A stretch of DNA of 63,938 nt, counting the filler, from Reclinomonas americana ATCC 50394 (taxonomy: Eukaryota), in the NCBI GenBank assembly GCA_048213135.1. It is 8 parts of 5 records of this genome, joined end to end, with 100 filler letters (N's around TTAATTAATTAA, not from the genome) between each part and the next. Parts side by side here need not be neighbours in the genome. Positions count along the whole stretch, not along the records: positions 1 to 19,600 come from PS015224.1; 7 more parts are not named here. One strand, 5' to 3'. The notes below the pieces were generated by a model that was not told the origin of the DNA, ran no database searches, and was given only the letters and a program-made list of their open reading frames with translations. This document shows positions 1 through 13,465 of the stretch, in pieces (position 1 is the stretch's first letter; each line of letters begins with the position of its first letter). The position numbers and the translations under genes were made by a program.

Positions 1-224
1 GGCTCCTCAAGAACAAGTGGCCAATTGAAAAAGTGGATCAGCGGAAGGAGAAAGGTGAAACGTCAGGGGCGGGTCAGTGGCCACAAGGACCACCTCCACT
101 TCCTCAGACACGGTGCCGTGAGGCAGCGCGAAACCTTGTTTTGTGCATCATTTCCACAGCCAGAGAGCAAGGCGCTCACTAAATCTACATGCACGCCCAC
201 ACAAGCAGAAACTAGGGTACTCAC

Positions 225-932
225 ACTCGGATGGTGTTGCGGCCATTGGTGGAGATGTGGGTGCGCTTGGCGACAATGTCGTCGGGGTAGCAGATGTCTG
301 CCAGGGCGTTCTCGTGCACAATCTTCAACGTGCGCGCTCTGCGAGCAGTCACACACACACACACACAGTGCGTGAGCACCAACCACCACCACCACCACCA
401 TCGCCTCAAGCGACAACTGCAAACGTAAAGAGACCCACCGTGGGAACTTGATCTTGGATGAGTTGGGCTTGTTCATGATGCGGCGGTGCGCAATGATGAA
501 CGCCTGCTTGGACGTGCGCTTCTCAATCTCTCCCGTGACCTTGGTGTGCACCTTCTGCCACGCCTTCAGCTGCTTGCGCGGCACAATGAGCACAATGGCG
601 GAGCCCACAGGGGTGGTGATCTGCGCCCCCCACACAAGATTTAGCATCGACAAGAGAGAGACACATCAATCCCACGCTGCTCCCACCTCCTTCGCCTTGA
701 TGAACTGCAGGCCGGACAGAGTCTGCAGCTCGTTCACCTGCAGCTGGTGCAGGGTCTGCGTGCACACCACAAACAAACAAGTGTCACCAATCACCGCTGC
801 GAGAGGGATATGATTGCAGCACACCACAAAGAAAAAAAACTCAACGGTGGCCAGGCTCTGCTCGAGGTCCTGGTCCTCCGGCTTGGTCTTCTGACCAGCA
901 AACTTGCGAATCTTGGCGTTGGCCGGGAACAT
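225..932 (-). CDS. RPS7: 40S ribosomal protein eS7 (RPS7), 4 exons visible, final exon lies outside the window
   Basis: Spliced product MFPANAKIRK...LEQSLAT|TLHQLQ...FIKAKE|ITTPVGSAIVLIVP...QKVHTKVTGEIEKR...IIAHRRIM..K..RARTLKIVHENALADICYPDDIVAKRT matches eS7 motifs. Introns are GT-AG; the first (845-756) begins GTTGAGT. Confidence 0.9.
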
Positions 933-1349
933 ATTGACTGCCGCTGCACAGGCAAAGTGTGTGAGTGAGTGAGTGCTAGTGTGAGAGTTTCCCCTTATCT
1001 CTATCTCACAAGTCATCATCAACACAAAAGAGAACGCGCCAAGACAAGCTACTGGCACACGCGCACATGGAGACACACAGGGAGAGCAACGAGAGAGCGT
1101 GCGTGGCGGCGTGTGGGCGACGCTGTGGGCATCATGCGCATGTGCATGGTCGATGGCGCACACGCACGCCCACGCACACGAGACGACAGACACACACCCA
1201 CACCAACAGAACACCCACACGTGCGCGCAGTCACACACACACACAACAATCCGCCCTCCCTCGCTGGGGTCGCACACCTTTCTCCGCTGGGCAAAAGATG
1301 TGAGAGTGGGACAGTCGGCGCTCGCGACCGCAATTGTACCACCTGTGTC

Positions 1350-1971
1350 ATGGACGCACTGCGCGCACTCCGACACCGCGTCCAGCAGCTCGTGCAGGCC
1401 AGTCGCGACGCGGCATTATGTGGCAAGAGTCTGTCATCGAAAAAAAAAACTCGCTGTTTGCTCCTGTGCTCATGTCTGTGACAATGTGACAGAGTTCGAG
1501 TATGTGACTGAGCTTGCGCGCTGCTTCGACGCCCTTCAAAGATTCGAGCGTGAGGCCGCTGCAACAACAACCGCCACCGCCGCGCTGCGTCATGTTGCGT
1601 GCACTGTCTCTGTGTGTGCGTGTTGCGACATCCCGCTCATTGTGTGCATTGCGCAGGAGATTGCCGCACTGGAGGACGAGCGAGTACGGCAGCAGGCGCT
1701 TCTCCGCACCTCGCTGGACCGCATGGCGCAGTGGCGGGACACGGTGGCATCATACGAAATGCGCGCGCACTCGCGCTTGCTGGATTTGGAGTCTCCGCAG
1801 CAGGGATCATCGGCTGCTGCGGCCGCTGCTGCTGCTGCTGCTGCTGCCTCTGTTGCTGCATCACCAACAGCCTCCTCTGCGGCTGTAGCTGCTGCAGTCA
1901 GTGGAGCACCTGCTGCTGTTCCTCCGCCCGCCTCCTCGTCATCGTCGTCGTCCGCATCGACCGAGTCATAA
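1350..1971 (+). CDS. Hypothetical coiled-coil protein with Ala/Ser-rich tail, 3 exons
   Basis: MDALRALRHRVQQLVQ...FEYVTELARCFDALQRFERE...|EIAALEDERVRQQALL... The introns end at AG 1492 and 1656; the second donor is GTTGCGT at 1594. Confidence 0.55.
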
Positions 1972-2096
1972 TGAACGCATAACAGGCTGTTCTCCGCGCG
2001 CACACACACACGCACAATGGTGTATTTCGGTGGCGTGTCTGCCTCCTCTGCTCTTGTCACCTTGTGGCGCACTCACGCGCATCAGAACGCATCCTG

Positions 2097-2366
2097 TCAG
2101 CGGTAGCTGCTCGATGACGATGATGATGACGAGGTGGGACTGCTGCCCGGTGGCTTGCGGTACTGCTGCTCAAACTCGTGGAATCGTTCTACCAAGTCGT
2201 CCACCAGAGCTGCATCAACAGAGAGTGACGTGTGAGTGACGCGTGCCTCGCGTTGTTGTCTCTCTCTCCGCGTGCTCTTACCTTTGATGTTTGGGACGTG
2301 GTAGTTCTGCGCCACATACACGCCTATTGGCGCACCCACAACCAGGCCGGTGATGAAGCGTCGCAT
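2097..2366 (-). CDS. STMP1: Short transmembrane mitochondrial protein 1 (STMP1/DUF4535 family), 2 exons
   Basis: MRRFITGLVVGAPIGVYVAQNYHVPNIK|ALVDDLVERF... contains the family signature GxYxAQNYxVPN. The intron is GTAAGA...GCAG. Confidence 0.8.
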   Translation of the reverse strand: MRRFITGLVVGAPIGVYVAQNYHVPNIKGKSTRRERQQREARVTHTSLSVDAALVDDLVERFHEFEQQYRKPPGSSPTSSSSSSSSSYR

Positions 2367-3115
2367 GCCACTGCCCGAGGGTGCTGTGCTCATCCACCAA
2401 AACAATCTACCGAGGTTTACACACAGAGAGAAAAGGAGACCGAGTGATCGCGACGGGGAAAAGCGAGTCGGTGTGTGTGTGTGTGCGCGCGCGTGGATGA
2501 CGATGTGTGTGGTAAAGAACAGCGATCAAGGTGCTCTTTTCCTCACGACAACAAAAGGGATTCGAGTGATCGTCCCGCGAAGTCATGTAATTACTTCTCA
2601 TTTCACTCGGGCTTTCCCCTCTACTCTCCACCACTCGACCTCATAGAGCGGCTACGGCACAAAAAAAAACAACAAAAAAGATCATACGATTAAACAGGAG
2701 GCAAGACACAAACTGGTAGATTTTTCTCTATCGCGTGGTTGTTGTACAGCTTTCTCACTTGCGGCGCGAAGNNNNNNNNNNNNNNNNNNNNNNNNNNNNN
2801 NNNNNNNNNNNNNNNNNNNNNNNNNNNNNNNNNNNNNNNNNNNNNNNNNNNNNNNNNNNNNNNNNNNNNNNNNNNNNNNNNNNNNNNNNNNNNNNNNNNN
2901 NNNNNNNNNNNNNNNNNNNNNNNNNNNNNNNNNNNNNNNNNNNNNNNNNNNNNNNNNNNNNNNNNNNNNNNNNNNNNNNNNNNNNNNNNNNNNNNNNNNN
3001 NNNNNNNNNNNNNNNNNNNNNNNNNNNNNNNNNNNNNNNNNNNNNNNNNNNNNNNNNNNNNNNNNNNNNNNNNNNNNNNNNNNNNNNNNNNNNNNNNNNN
3101 NNNNNNNNNNNNNNN

Positions 3116-6100
3116 AGCATGGAGGGTGCCATGATGGACGACAAGATGGTGCCGGTGGAGTGGCAGCAGCGTTCGGCGGTCGGCCGCAAGTCACCGCTGT
3201 CGGCTCGCTCCTCGACCCGGGGCTCATCGCTGACACGCCACACGGTGGCGTCGCAACAGCGCGTGCGCACTCCGTCGCCGTTGGCCTTCTACACTCGCCA
3301 CAGTCCGCTGCGTGTGCAGCCGCGGTCGGGTGGTGGTGGCCTGCGATCGCGCTCTCGCTCGCCGCTCACCGGCGGCATTGTCGAGGAGTACTACTCACAG
3401 TACGGTGGCAGCTACTCCAACATGTCGTCGGCGCGCACCTCACCCGTGCACGAGTTTGCCGGCACGTCCAGCCGACGGCCGCGCTCGGCTCGCGGTACGG
3501 CATCGTCGCCACAGCAGCCGTCGTGGTGGGCTGACTCGCCCACACCGGAGCATGTGCTGGAGGAGATGTCGTCGGAGCTGCCACGGCCACCGTCGGCGTT
3601 TGGCGAGCGACGGTTCCCGCTCGAGAGATCGCTGTCGGACATTACGGCGAGTCGCAACATGTCGCTGCATGAGTCAATGACGGCCAGCGAGCTCGTCGAC
3701 AGCGCTCGCATCGACCTGCAGCGCATGAAGGAGCACCTCGACGACCGATCGTACTTTACCCGCAACCTGACCAATGCCGTCGATGCGGCACTGTCCATTG
3801 GTCGCACCCCGGATCCGGAGCGCGCCGAGTCCGTGTCAAGAGTTGTGTGCTTTGTCTTGCGCGCATCACCATCGTTCAATCGTTTCTTGTGGACTAACCT
3901 TGGCGTGTATGTGCAGGAGTCGATTGGACGCCTCAAGGAGGCCGATCGCGAGTTTGGCCTGCTGCTCAGCGAGTTCGACACCGACATTGTGGAGCAACCG
4001 AGGCAGCGCCGTGTGCGTCGCTGGAGCGACATTAATGTCGTCCGTGATGCTGACGAGCGTGCACGGACGCGCGCCGACGCCATCGCCGCCAAGCGACACG
4101 AGCGCGAGGTGAAGCGCCAGGCGAGCTTGTCACCGCTGCCGCCAGCCCTGTACCCCAACGAGTGCCACGCACCAAAGCTGCGCACGGCGGTGCGCGCCCG
4201 TCCCGCTCGCTACGACCCCAGCGACACTGCCGGCTACGCGTACCAGGACTACACGTCGATCAACCACGGTGTGCCGACGGTGGCGAAGCGCTTGGAACGC
4301 TCGTCGTCGGCGCCAAAGATGGAACGCAGTGAGCGCGCACGTCCGGCGTGGGGCGCCAAGCCAGTGCCGGGTGACGTGCAAGGTCGCGCCACGGCCACCT
4401 ACGGGCTGACGGGCGGTCGCAAGGCGACGGTGGCACAGCGCCGCAGTCGTGCTGTGTCGCCCATTAATACCTCGGCGACCTCGGCCAGCAGCCAACGACC
4501 ACTGACGCCCGATCAGTGTAGCTACCCACTGAAGGTGAGGGAATCAGAGAGATAGAGAGAGAGGGTGAGCGGTGGCGAGTTGGCTCACATGTTTTCGTTG
4601 CTGCTTGTTGTTGCAGTTCAATTCGGCTCTGCGACCTCGTGCGCGTCCGGCCGATGCACCGGCGAAGAAATTCACGCCGCCCGTGCATCGCCCCCCGTCG
4701 CCGGCGTCTGAATTCAAGCCGACCGAAGCTCGTGGTCCCACACTGCGCACGTCGCGTCGCGACAACCATCAACAATTCGGCAACAACACTCCGCCACGTC
4801 GCACCGACAGCACGGAGCGTCGCAGTGCTGATCAGGGTCGACCGGTGCAGACGTACTCGGGTATGCCTCGTGGCATCGAGCAGACGTTTGNNNNNNNNNN
4901 NNNNNNNNNNNNNNNNNNNNNNNNNNNNNNNNNNNNNNNNNNNNNNNNNNNNNNNNNNNNNNNNNNNNNNNNNNNNNNNNNNNNNNNNNNNNNNNNNNNN
5001 NNNNNNNNNNNNNNNNNNNNNNNNNNNNNNNNNNNNNNNNNNNNNNNNNNNNNNNNNNNNNNNNNNNNNNNNNNNNNNNNNNNNNNNNNNNNNNNNNNNN
5101 NNNNNNNNNNNNNNNNNNNNNNNNNNNNNNNNNNNNNNNNNNNNNNNNNNNNNNNNNNNNNNNNNNNNNNNNNNNNNNNNNNNNNNNNNNNNNNNNNNNN
5201 NNNNNNNNNNNNNNNNNNNNNNNNNNNNNNNNNNNNNNNNNNNNNNNNNNNNNNNNNNNNNNNNNNNNNNNNNNNNNNNNNNNNNNNNNNNNNNNNNNNN
5301 NNNNNNNNNNNNNNNNNNNNNNNNNNNNNNNNNNNNNNNNNNNNNNNNNNNNNNNNNNNNNNNNNNNNNNNNNNNNNNNNNNNNNNNNNNNNNNNNNNNN
5401 NNNNNNNNNNNNNNNNNNNNNNNNNNNNNNNNNNNNNNNNNNNNNNNNNNNNNNNNNNNNNNNNNNNNNNNNNNNNNNNNNNNNNNNNNNNNNNNNNNNN
5501 NNNNNNNNNNNNNNNNNNNNNNNNNNNNNNNNNNNNNNNNNNNNNNNNNNNNNNNNNNNNNNNNNNNNNNNNNNNNNNNNNNNNNNNNNNNNNNNNNNNN
5601 NNNNNNNNNNNNNNNNNNNNNNNNNNNNNNNNNNNNNNNNNNNNNNNNNNNNNNNNNNNNNNNNNNNNNNNNNNNNNNNNNNNNNNNNNNNNNNNNNNNN
5701 NNNNNNNNNNNNNNTGAGGTGGCGATGCACCGCACCGAGCAGCAGGCTCGCCAGCAGCAGCAACAGAAGCCGCCATCATCATCGTCGTCGACGCACAAGC
5801 AGGCGCACTTTGCCGCCGAGGAGACGGACGCGGAGGAGGCGGAGGAGGACATGCCGCCGACTCCGGACTCGCAAGTGGAGGCTGCACCAGCGGCACGGAC
5901 GCTGGCGACGGTGACCACGAACTCGTCGCCGACTGTTGAACTCGCCGTGTCGGCGTCGATGCGCCTCAGACCTTCGGTGTCACCGGAACCGGCACGCGGC
6001 GGCAGCATCAGCAACCTCCAAGTGCAGGGCTCGCGTGGCGTGTCGCCATCACGGTCGCCGTCGCCTTCGCCCTCACGCCACGTCTCACGACCGCCGGTTG

Positions 6101-6959
6101 CGCGCTCGCAACAGTCGTCGCCGTCGCCATCCGCATCACCCGTCCAGCAGCAGTTCAGCAATAAGGCGCTGTTGGAGGAGTTTATGCAGTTGCGCCGCCA
6201 GCACGAGGACCAGCAGAAGCGACTGCAGGAGCAGCAGCAGCAGCTGGAGCGACAGCAACGCGAGCTGCAAGCGCAGCGCGAAAAGTTGGATGCACAGGCT
6301 CGCCAACACCAGCACCAGCAGGAGCACCGTGCCGCCCGCCAGCCGCGTGCCGAGTCGCCGCCGACCTCGATTCTGATTACCGACTTTTTGTCGCAAGTCG
6401 AGGCCCGCAACACCATCAGCAACACCTCGTCCATGAGCACGGCCTACAACAGCGGTCAGTCGAGATCGTCGGCGCATGTGCGAATTGCCAGCGACGCCAT
6501 TTCCGGCCTGTCGTCGGTGGCGTCGTCGGCCAGCACCACCCCCGGTCGTTCGACGCCCGCCGGCAACTTTACCACCAATGGCGTGCAGCCGCTGCGTCGC
6601 AGCACCGCCACACCCACGCCGCCTGGCTCCGCGCGTCAGGTGTCGGTCAACATTGGAGCGGAGCGCAACGTGGTGGAGAAGCCGCGTCCCGACATTACGG
6701 ATCTGCAGACACCGGTGTTGCCGCTGCCGCCGATGCAGTTGCGTTGCTATGCTCCCGTCATTATGATGGTATGTTTTGTGTTGCTGAGCGTGTCTGTAGA
6801 TGGCCAAGGCAGCCAGTGCTGTACCATCCGAGTGCCGATGTCGACGACTTCACCTACGAGCGTGTGGCGACTGCGCTGCAAGATGTGCGCTCCACGCTGA
6901 CGGCGATGCGTGCTCACTCGTCGGACGATGCCATGGAGAAGGAGGAAATGGATGCCGAC
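3116..6959 (+). CDS. Large low-complexity Ser/Pro/Arg/Gln-rich protein with coiled-coil segments (partial, gapped)
   Basis: Long open frames at 3116-4533, 4617-4890 and 5715-6737 are joined by GT-AG introns. There is a Q-rich coiled coil and no recognisable domain. Confidence 0.55.
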
Positions 6960-7005
6960 NNNNNNNNNNNNNNNNNNNNNNNNNNNNNNNNNNNNNNNNN
7001 NNNNN

Positions 7006-9010
7006 CGCTTCACTTGCTCCTTCAACGCCATGCAGTCATCAATCAGTTGCTGTCGCTTCTTGTCGTCGGCATTCGGCACGCGAAGCAACTCTGTGACGGG
7101 AGTGATGATGAGGAGGAGGCGGAGGAAACAAAGGGAGGGGGGCGTGTGAAGGGCAGATGGCGTGCAGTCACTCACCGACAAGCTCCGGCTCCTCCTTGTC
7201 CTCCTTGCGTGCCGCCTTCTTGGCGTAGTCGTCGGAGAACTCGTACACAATCTCGCCGGCCGTCTTGCGCTGCTGCGGTGACTCGCCGCGAGTCGGCGTC
7301 GTGGAGCTCTTGAAGCGATTCGGTGACGCCGAGGTGCGACCATTGGTGGTCTTGGTCGGTGTCGCCGACCCGGTGCGCAGAGCCACCTTGGATGGACCCT
7401 TGGGCACCTGGTCGTCGCCCACCCACAAGATCTTGGCCGGCTGCGGTGCCGTCGGGAGTGAAGCCTGTGAATAGGAAAAAGTGAGCAAAACAATCAGTCA
7501 TTGTGTGTGTGNNNNNNNNNNNNNNNNNNNNNNNNNNNNNNNNNNNNNNNNNNNNNNNNNNNNNNNNNNNNNNNNNNNNNNNNNNNNNNNNNNNNNNNNN
7601 NNNNNNNNNNNNNNNNNNNNNNNNNNNNNNNNNNNNNNNNNNNNNNNNNNNNNNNNNNNNNNNNNNNNNNNNNNNNNNNNNNNNNNNNNNNNNNNNNNNN
7701 NNNNNNNNNNNNNNNNNNNNNNNNNNNNNNNNNNNNNNNNNNNNNNNNNNNNNNNNNNNNNNNNNNNNNNNNNNNNNNNNNNNNNNNNNNNNNNNNNNNN
7801 NNNNNNNNNNNNNNNNNNNNNNNNNNNNNNNNNNNNNNNNNNNNNNNNNNNNNNNNNNNNNNNNNNNNNNNNNNNNNNNNNNNNNNNNNNNNNNNNNNNN
7901 NNNNNNNNNNNNNNNNNNNNNNNNNNNNNNNNNNNNNNNTGTGTGCTGCGTGTGCGCACGCGTACCTTGCGCTGAGCCTTGAGCTTCTCATCGACCGAGT
8001 CGGTGACGGTGGTGGCCTTGGCTGGCTTGTCCGCTGCGCCATTGCTGGCTGGTCTCGCCGGCGGTGCGGGGTTGTCGTTCGCGGTCACAGTGGCGGGTGG
8101 TGATACAGAGGCGGCGGTCGCCCTGGGCATCTCCGCCTCGTGGATGAACGCTGGTGTGCCGTTGCCGTCGGAGCCCATGTCGTCGTCGATCGGTGTGACG
8201 GTCGCCGACGCAAACTTCACCGGCGACATGGAGGCCGACTGCGGCGGCTGCGACACGGTCAGCGGCGACGCATTCATCATTGCGATACCGCCGGCCAACG
8301 ACAAGCGAGGCACAATCGCCGGCTTCTCTACGTTCGGGGCCGGGGTGGAGATTGGTGTGATTCCCAGCTCGTGCGAGTCGTAGTTGAAGGGACTGGCGGC
8401 CAGCGAACTCGGCATGGTCCCCGCTCCCGGCGCGTTGTCGGCCTCCTCTGCCGGCACTGGCGAGTTCGGCTGCGACGGTGATCCCAACAGTTCCCGCAGA
8501 TCGCTGCTATTGGCATAATCGACTCCATCGTCACCATCCTAACATGTTTGCAGATTCGTGAGCCACACACACATCGCTGAGCTGCAGCAGGAATACGCGA
8601 ACACAATATCAAATCAGCACGCACCAGATCCAGTTCGCCCTCCAGCGCGTCAATGTCGAGGTCGTCCGAGTCAAACATCGAGTCCTCCTCCTCCTCTCCG
8701 CTCGAGTCCAGCGCGCCACCCGCCTCTGTGCGTGTGCGTGCATCATGAGCAAAAAAAGGGTGCGGGCGCGTGCATCGAACGGGAAAAACGTGGCGACGCA
8801 ACTGGTCGCCACCTTGTCCTCCTTCTTGTCGGCTGGTGGTGCTGTCGACTGCGTTGTGGGTCCCGCCTTGCTGGCCTGCTGCTTCGCCTGCTTGGCGAGA
8901 GCATCGTCGCCAGGAGCGGACACCAGTCCGAGTTTCTTGGCACTGCCTCCAAAGGCCGCAGCAATGACACTCTCGGCCTCGGCCGAGGCCAGTTGTCGAG
9001 CCTTTTGCAT
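7006..9010 (-). CDS. Low-complexity protein with acidic stretch and start of a coiled coil (partial)
   Basis: The exons MQKARQL...KVAT|KAGGALDSSGEEEEDSMFDSDDLDI...|DGDDGVDY...KAQRK|ASLPT...ELV|ELLRVPNADDKKRQQLIDDCMALKEQVK join in phase. The start codon is uncertain. Confidence 0.5.
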
Positions 9011-9674
9011 CGTTTATATACACGCACACAGGCACAGGCTGCGAAGGTGTGTGCGAGCACGAGTGTGTGAGCGACAGTTGGTGGCACGCGCATGACGAAC
9101 AGTTAATGCATGCCTCTGAACAACAACAAACAGTGCGACTGCGGTGTACCGCATGCAAAGAGAAACAGAGAGAGACGCAAAGGAGGAGCGACACACGCGG
9201 ACTGTCGCGGTGAGTGTGTGTGTGTGCGGAGGAAACACATACCGACGAGTGACTTTCTCTCTTCTCTCGCACCTCGACACAAAACGGATTGGATGAATTT
9301 TCGTGGAGCGATTTAAATGAATGAAGTAATATATAAATTTTTCGCGTTGTCTCTCCGGCCTCGTTGCTGTCAAGTGGTCTTGCCCTGGAGTACTAGTGCC
9401 AGCTGACGGAGTTTTGTGCTGTCGGCTGATATTCAGATACTGTTTGATTCTCTTTCGCAACAAAACACCACACTTCAATCGATACACGCCCGAGCTCGAA
9501 ACAAGCTCCAGAGCGATGACGCAAAACACACAAGGAAACAAAACAACGGAGGAAAAAGCTCTACTGCTGCAGCTGCGGAAAAAAACGGAGAGAAAGAAAG
9601 GAAGATAGAGAGGGAGAATGAAAGGAAAGAAGGATTCGTGATCGTGACGAAACGGCAAGTCGATCTGCGAGGTC

Positions 9675-12600
9675 TCAGAGACGGTCCAGGTACCGATTCA
9701 GCGCTGTGCGAAGGATGTAAAAGGTCAGTGGAAGGTGCGCGTGAAAGTCCGCAGGTGTGCAACGACGCAACGAGGGATTTCGGCTCCGAGGCCCTTGCGT
9801 TCGCGAATGGCCAGCACGATGCGGTTCGACGTGGTGCCGGCCTCCAGCGGGTCGTCGTTGATCACCTGCCAGTGACTGAACATCATCTGGGGTGACGCAC
9901 TGCCGCTGGTGGCGGCGCCGAGGTCGCGCGAGAAGCCAAAGGACTCGGCCACCGGCAGGTGGGCGCGCACAACTGTGGTGTCGCCACCGCCGGACTCTTC
10001 GGCGAACACGGCTCCGCGTCGGCGTGCCAGTGTCGAGTACACGCCGCCAATGGACTCCGTGGCACACGTCACTTCGCACTCGTAAACGGGCTCCAGCAGG
10101 CGAGGCGACGCGGTGTACATGGCCGCCTTCATGCACCGTCCGGTGGCGGCGCCGAGCTGGTGGCCGTTGCGGTGGGCGCTCTCGGCGTGCAGCTTGGCGT
10201 CCATGAGATCAAACCGGACGCCGTACATGGGCTCGGAGCACAGCATGCCGGCGGCGGTGGTCTCCTGGAACGCCGACACGATCATTTCGCGCGATTCGTC
10301 TGCATGGAGAGTCAGTCTGCGTGCTACTCAACACCACCACTGCTGTGCACGTGCGCAGCGACGCAACGAAGGTACTGCACGGCTCGAGTCATGTCGACAA
10401 GGGCGCAGGTCTTGGCGCCCTGGCCCGACTCGGGAGCAAAGCCCCACACCTGGCGAGCCTCCTCGGGCGCCCAGTTGTGGCGATCGATCAGGTGGCGCGC
10501 TCGGCTGCGGGCGTCCTGGCCCACGTCGAGTGTGCCGCGATCGAGCTCGGTGACGAGTTCCTGCGCGAGCGGCGAGGCGCGCATGTAGATGCGGTTGAGC
10601 TTGTTGGCGCTCTTCGCCAGACACACTTCGGTGCTCTCGCCCAGCACGGTTTCTCGGTAGGCCACCACGGGCTCCGACACCACAATCTCGATGTTGGGTG
10701 CGTAGTCGGTGCGCAAGTCGTCGAGGCAGATCTCGATGTGCAGCTCGCCGGCACCGGCGAGAATGTTCTGCTGGCTCTCGCGGTCGACGTAGTAGCGCAC
10801 CAGTGGGTCGCCCTTGCACAGGCGGCGGAGGCCTTCCACCAGGGTCGGCAGATCGGAGGCATTCTTGGTCTGCACGGCGACGCACACCACCGGCGCCACC
10901 GTGTACTTCATGTCGACCAGCGGATGCGCGTCGACGCTCGACTCGTCCACCAGCGTGCCCGTCTTGACCAGGTATTTGTCGATGCCGGACATGGCCACCG
11001 TGGTGCCAGCGGGCATGTCGTCGACCGAGGCGGCACTCCGGCCTGTGCACGCGCATCGACACTCGCATCAGCAACACAGCAAGCAATAAGAGGAGAGGAA
11101 GACTGTCACGTACCGATAAACATGACGGTGCGCTGCACGCTCTTCACCATCGGTTCCGAGCCGCCCTCGTCGGTGGTGATGATGCGCACACGCTGTCCGC
11201 TGCGCACAGTGCCAGAGAACACACGGCCGAAAGCGTAGAAACGGCCGCGGTCACTGCATTGTCGGGAGATGCACAGTTTGTACCACAATCGCTGAAATCA
11301 GAGTGCAGCTGGAGCAAACGACTCACGTTGTCGGCACCATCTTGGACACGTAGACCACCAACGGTCCGTCAGGGTCGCAACGCCGAATGGCTTCGCAGTA
11401 CTGTGAACGCAGAAGGCGATCTTGAGACGTGAAGGGAGAAGAGAAGAGAGAGAGAGACACGGCCGGTCCACTCACTTGGTCGTCGGGCGGTCCACTGTAC
11501 AGAATTTCCGCTCGCTGCGTTGTCGTTTGCCATCACGTGTGAGTTGCATGATGGCGGCACACACGCACGAGAAGCTGCCACAACACGCAACATAACGCTG
11601 CGCCTCCACCGGCGACGGTAGGTGACGGATGACCATGTCGATGATGGCGCGCGGCACCGGCAGCCAGCGGTTCATGACTCTGTGTGTTGTGGGCACGATG
11701 AGCACACACTGCCACAGTATTTCCGATCACTGCCGACACAAGACAACTCACTTGCGCACAAGGTCACGGCCTGTGGGAGGGGCGCGGTGCTCTTCCGGTG
11801 TGAAAGTCACACCGAAGCGCGACAGCTTGGACGCCAGAGATTCGAGTGTGGCACCAGACTCGGCCTCCTGACATATTTGGAACACGGGCTCGAGCACAAA
11901 CTGCACGCAAGCGCGCTTCAGTTGGCGACCGTCGGCGGTTTCCGGAGTCGTCAGCCACGTCTGCCGGCAAAAAGAACAGTGAGGAGCAAGATCACGACCA
12001 CAGCAACACACACAGACACCACTTGGCATGCAAGTACCTTGGTGCGAGCATCGTAGAAATGGTCGCCCCAGAAGCGTTCTCTGCGACAAACAATCACGAT
12101 CAGCAAAGTGCAAACACACAAAAGCAGCAAAGACACGAGCAGCCACGAAACGAGAGCTCCTCCACCGTCATGTCGGGGAACTTGTCGATCCACAGCGCAG
12201 CAAACTGCGGAATCGAGAATCCCCAGCCCTGCCGGCCAGAGGCGAACACCACGGTGCCCTTGGCCGGATTGAGCTGCAAGTCGCCGCCCATCTCCGCACC
12301 GTCGTAGTTGGTGGCGATGGCCGCATTCACCGACTCGACGGCATTGCGGCACGTAAAGTAGGCCACTACCACACCCACCAAAAAGAAAGAAAAAGTCAGG
12401 CGCACATGAAGCAGCANNNNNNNNNNNNNNNNNNNNTTGCGGAGAGCGACGGAGCAACGATCACGAACCCTCGGCACCCAGGTGCAACTCGGAGCTCAGG
12501 CGATCGATCTTGTTGACGACCAGCACGGGTCGTACGCGCTCCTTGAGCGCCTGTCGGAGGACAGTGCGCGTCTGCACGCACACTCCCTCGACGCAGTCCA

Positions 12601-13286
12601 CAATCAGCAGACCGCCGTCGGTCACGCGCAACGCCGCCGTGACCTCCGATGAGAAGTCCATGTGACCGGGCGAGTCGATCAGGTTGAAGACGTGGTCGCC
12701 GAACAGCAGCGACACCGACGTCGACTTGATCGTGATGCCTGGAGAGTGCAGCACGCGCGGTCACAAACACACATGCAAGGAGAGGTGAGGAGAAGAAGAG
12801 CAGTCGTGGTACCTCGTTCAATCTCGTTCTTCAACGTGTCGGTGGCACGCTTCGTGCCAGCATCATCTTCGTTGATGAGCCCACCCGCCTGTGAGNNNNN
12901 NNNNNNNNNNNNNNNCGCGTGAGAGAGACAGAGAGAAGAGCGTCATGCATTCGATCGGAAAAACAAGGAGAGCAAGAGAGGAACGCACCGCCAGCAGCCA
13001 GTCCGACAGAGTGGACTTGCCGTGGTCTGTGGACACAAGAGGGTGAGTGACAACAGAAAGTGTGTGTGTGTGAGAGAGAGAGAGGGAGGGAGGAGGGGGA
13101 GAAGAGGGGCGACTGACCAACGTGGGCAATGATCGAAAAGTTGCGTACGTTCTCGGGACGATCCAGGGCGCGGCGCACCTCCTCAGCAGTGAACTTTACC
13201 TGCATGTGTGGCACACACACAGAGAGAGAGAACATGAGTGACAACAACAACAACAACACGGTGTGTTCGTAAACCACATGCACCAT
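9675..13286 (-). CDS. EEF2: Divergent eukaryotic elongation factor 2 (eEF2)-family GTPase, about 15 exons
   Basis: [122 protein letters not shown]. The C-terminus RERKGL...YLDRL is eEF2-type, not EFL1-type. Confidence 0.9.
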
Positions 13287-13422
13287 TGTCTTACAGCAGC
13301 AATCAGACTCTCAGAAGAAGCGAGAGAGCAACGAAAGCTGCAGAAGCAGATCACGAAAGGGAAACGAAAAGAAGAAGAAAGGGGTAGTGGTCTGTGCTCT
13401 GTCGCTGGCAACAAGGCACGGC

Positions 13423-13429
13423 TTTTATA
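13423..13429 (-). promoter_or_regulatory. Candidate TATA box (TATAAAA) for the eEF2-like gene
   Basis: The + strand TTTTATA reads TATAAAA on the minus strand, about 140 nt upstream of the ATG at 13286. Confidence 0.4.
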
Positions 13430-13465
13430 GGCCGGCGTCCACCGGTCTGAGCGAACGGACTGGCG

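Noticed and set aside
1423-1492. Possible GC-AG intron (G|GCAAGA)
   Set aside because: A canonical GT donor (GTCTGT at 1429) in the same phase also restores the frame, so it cannot be decided without transcripts.
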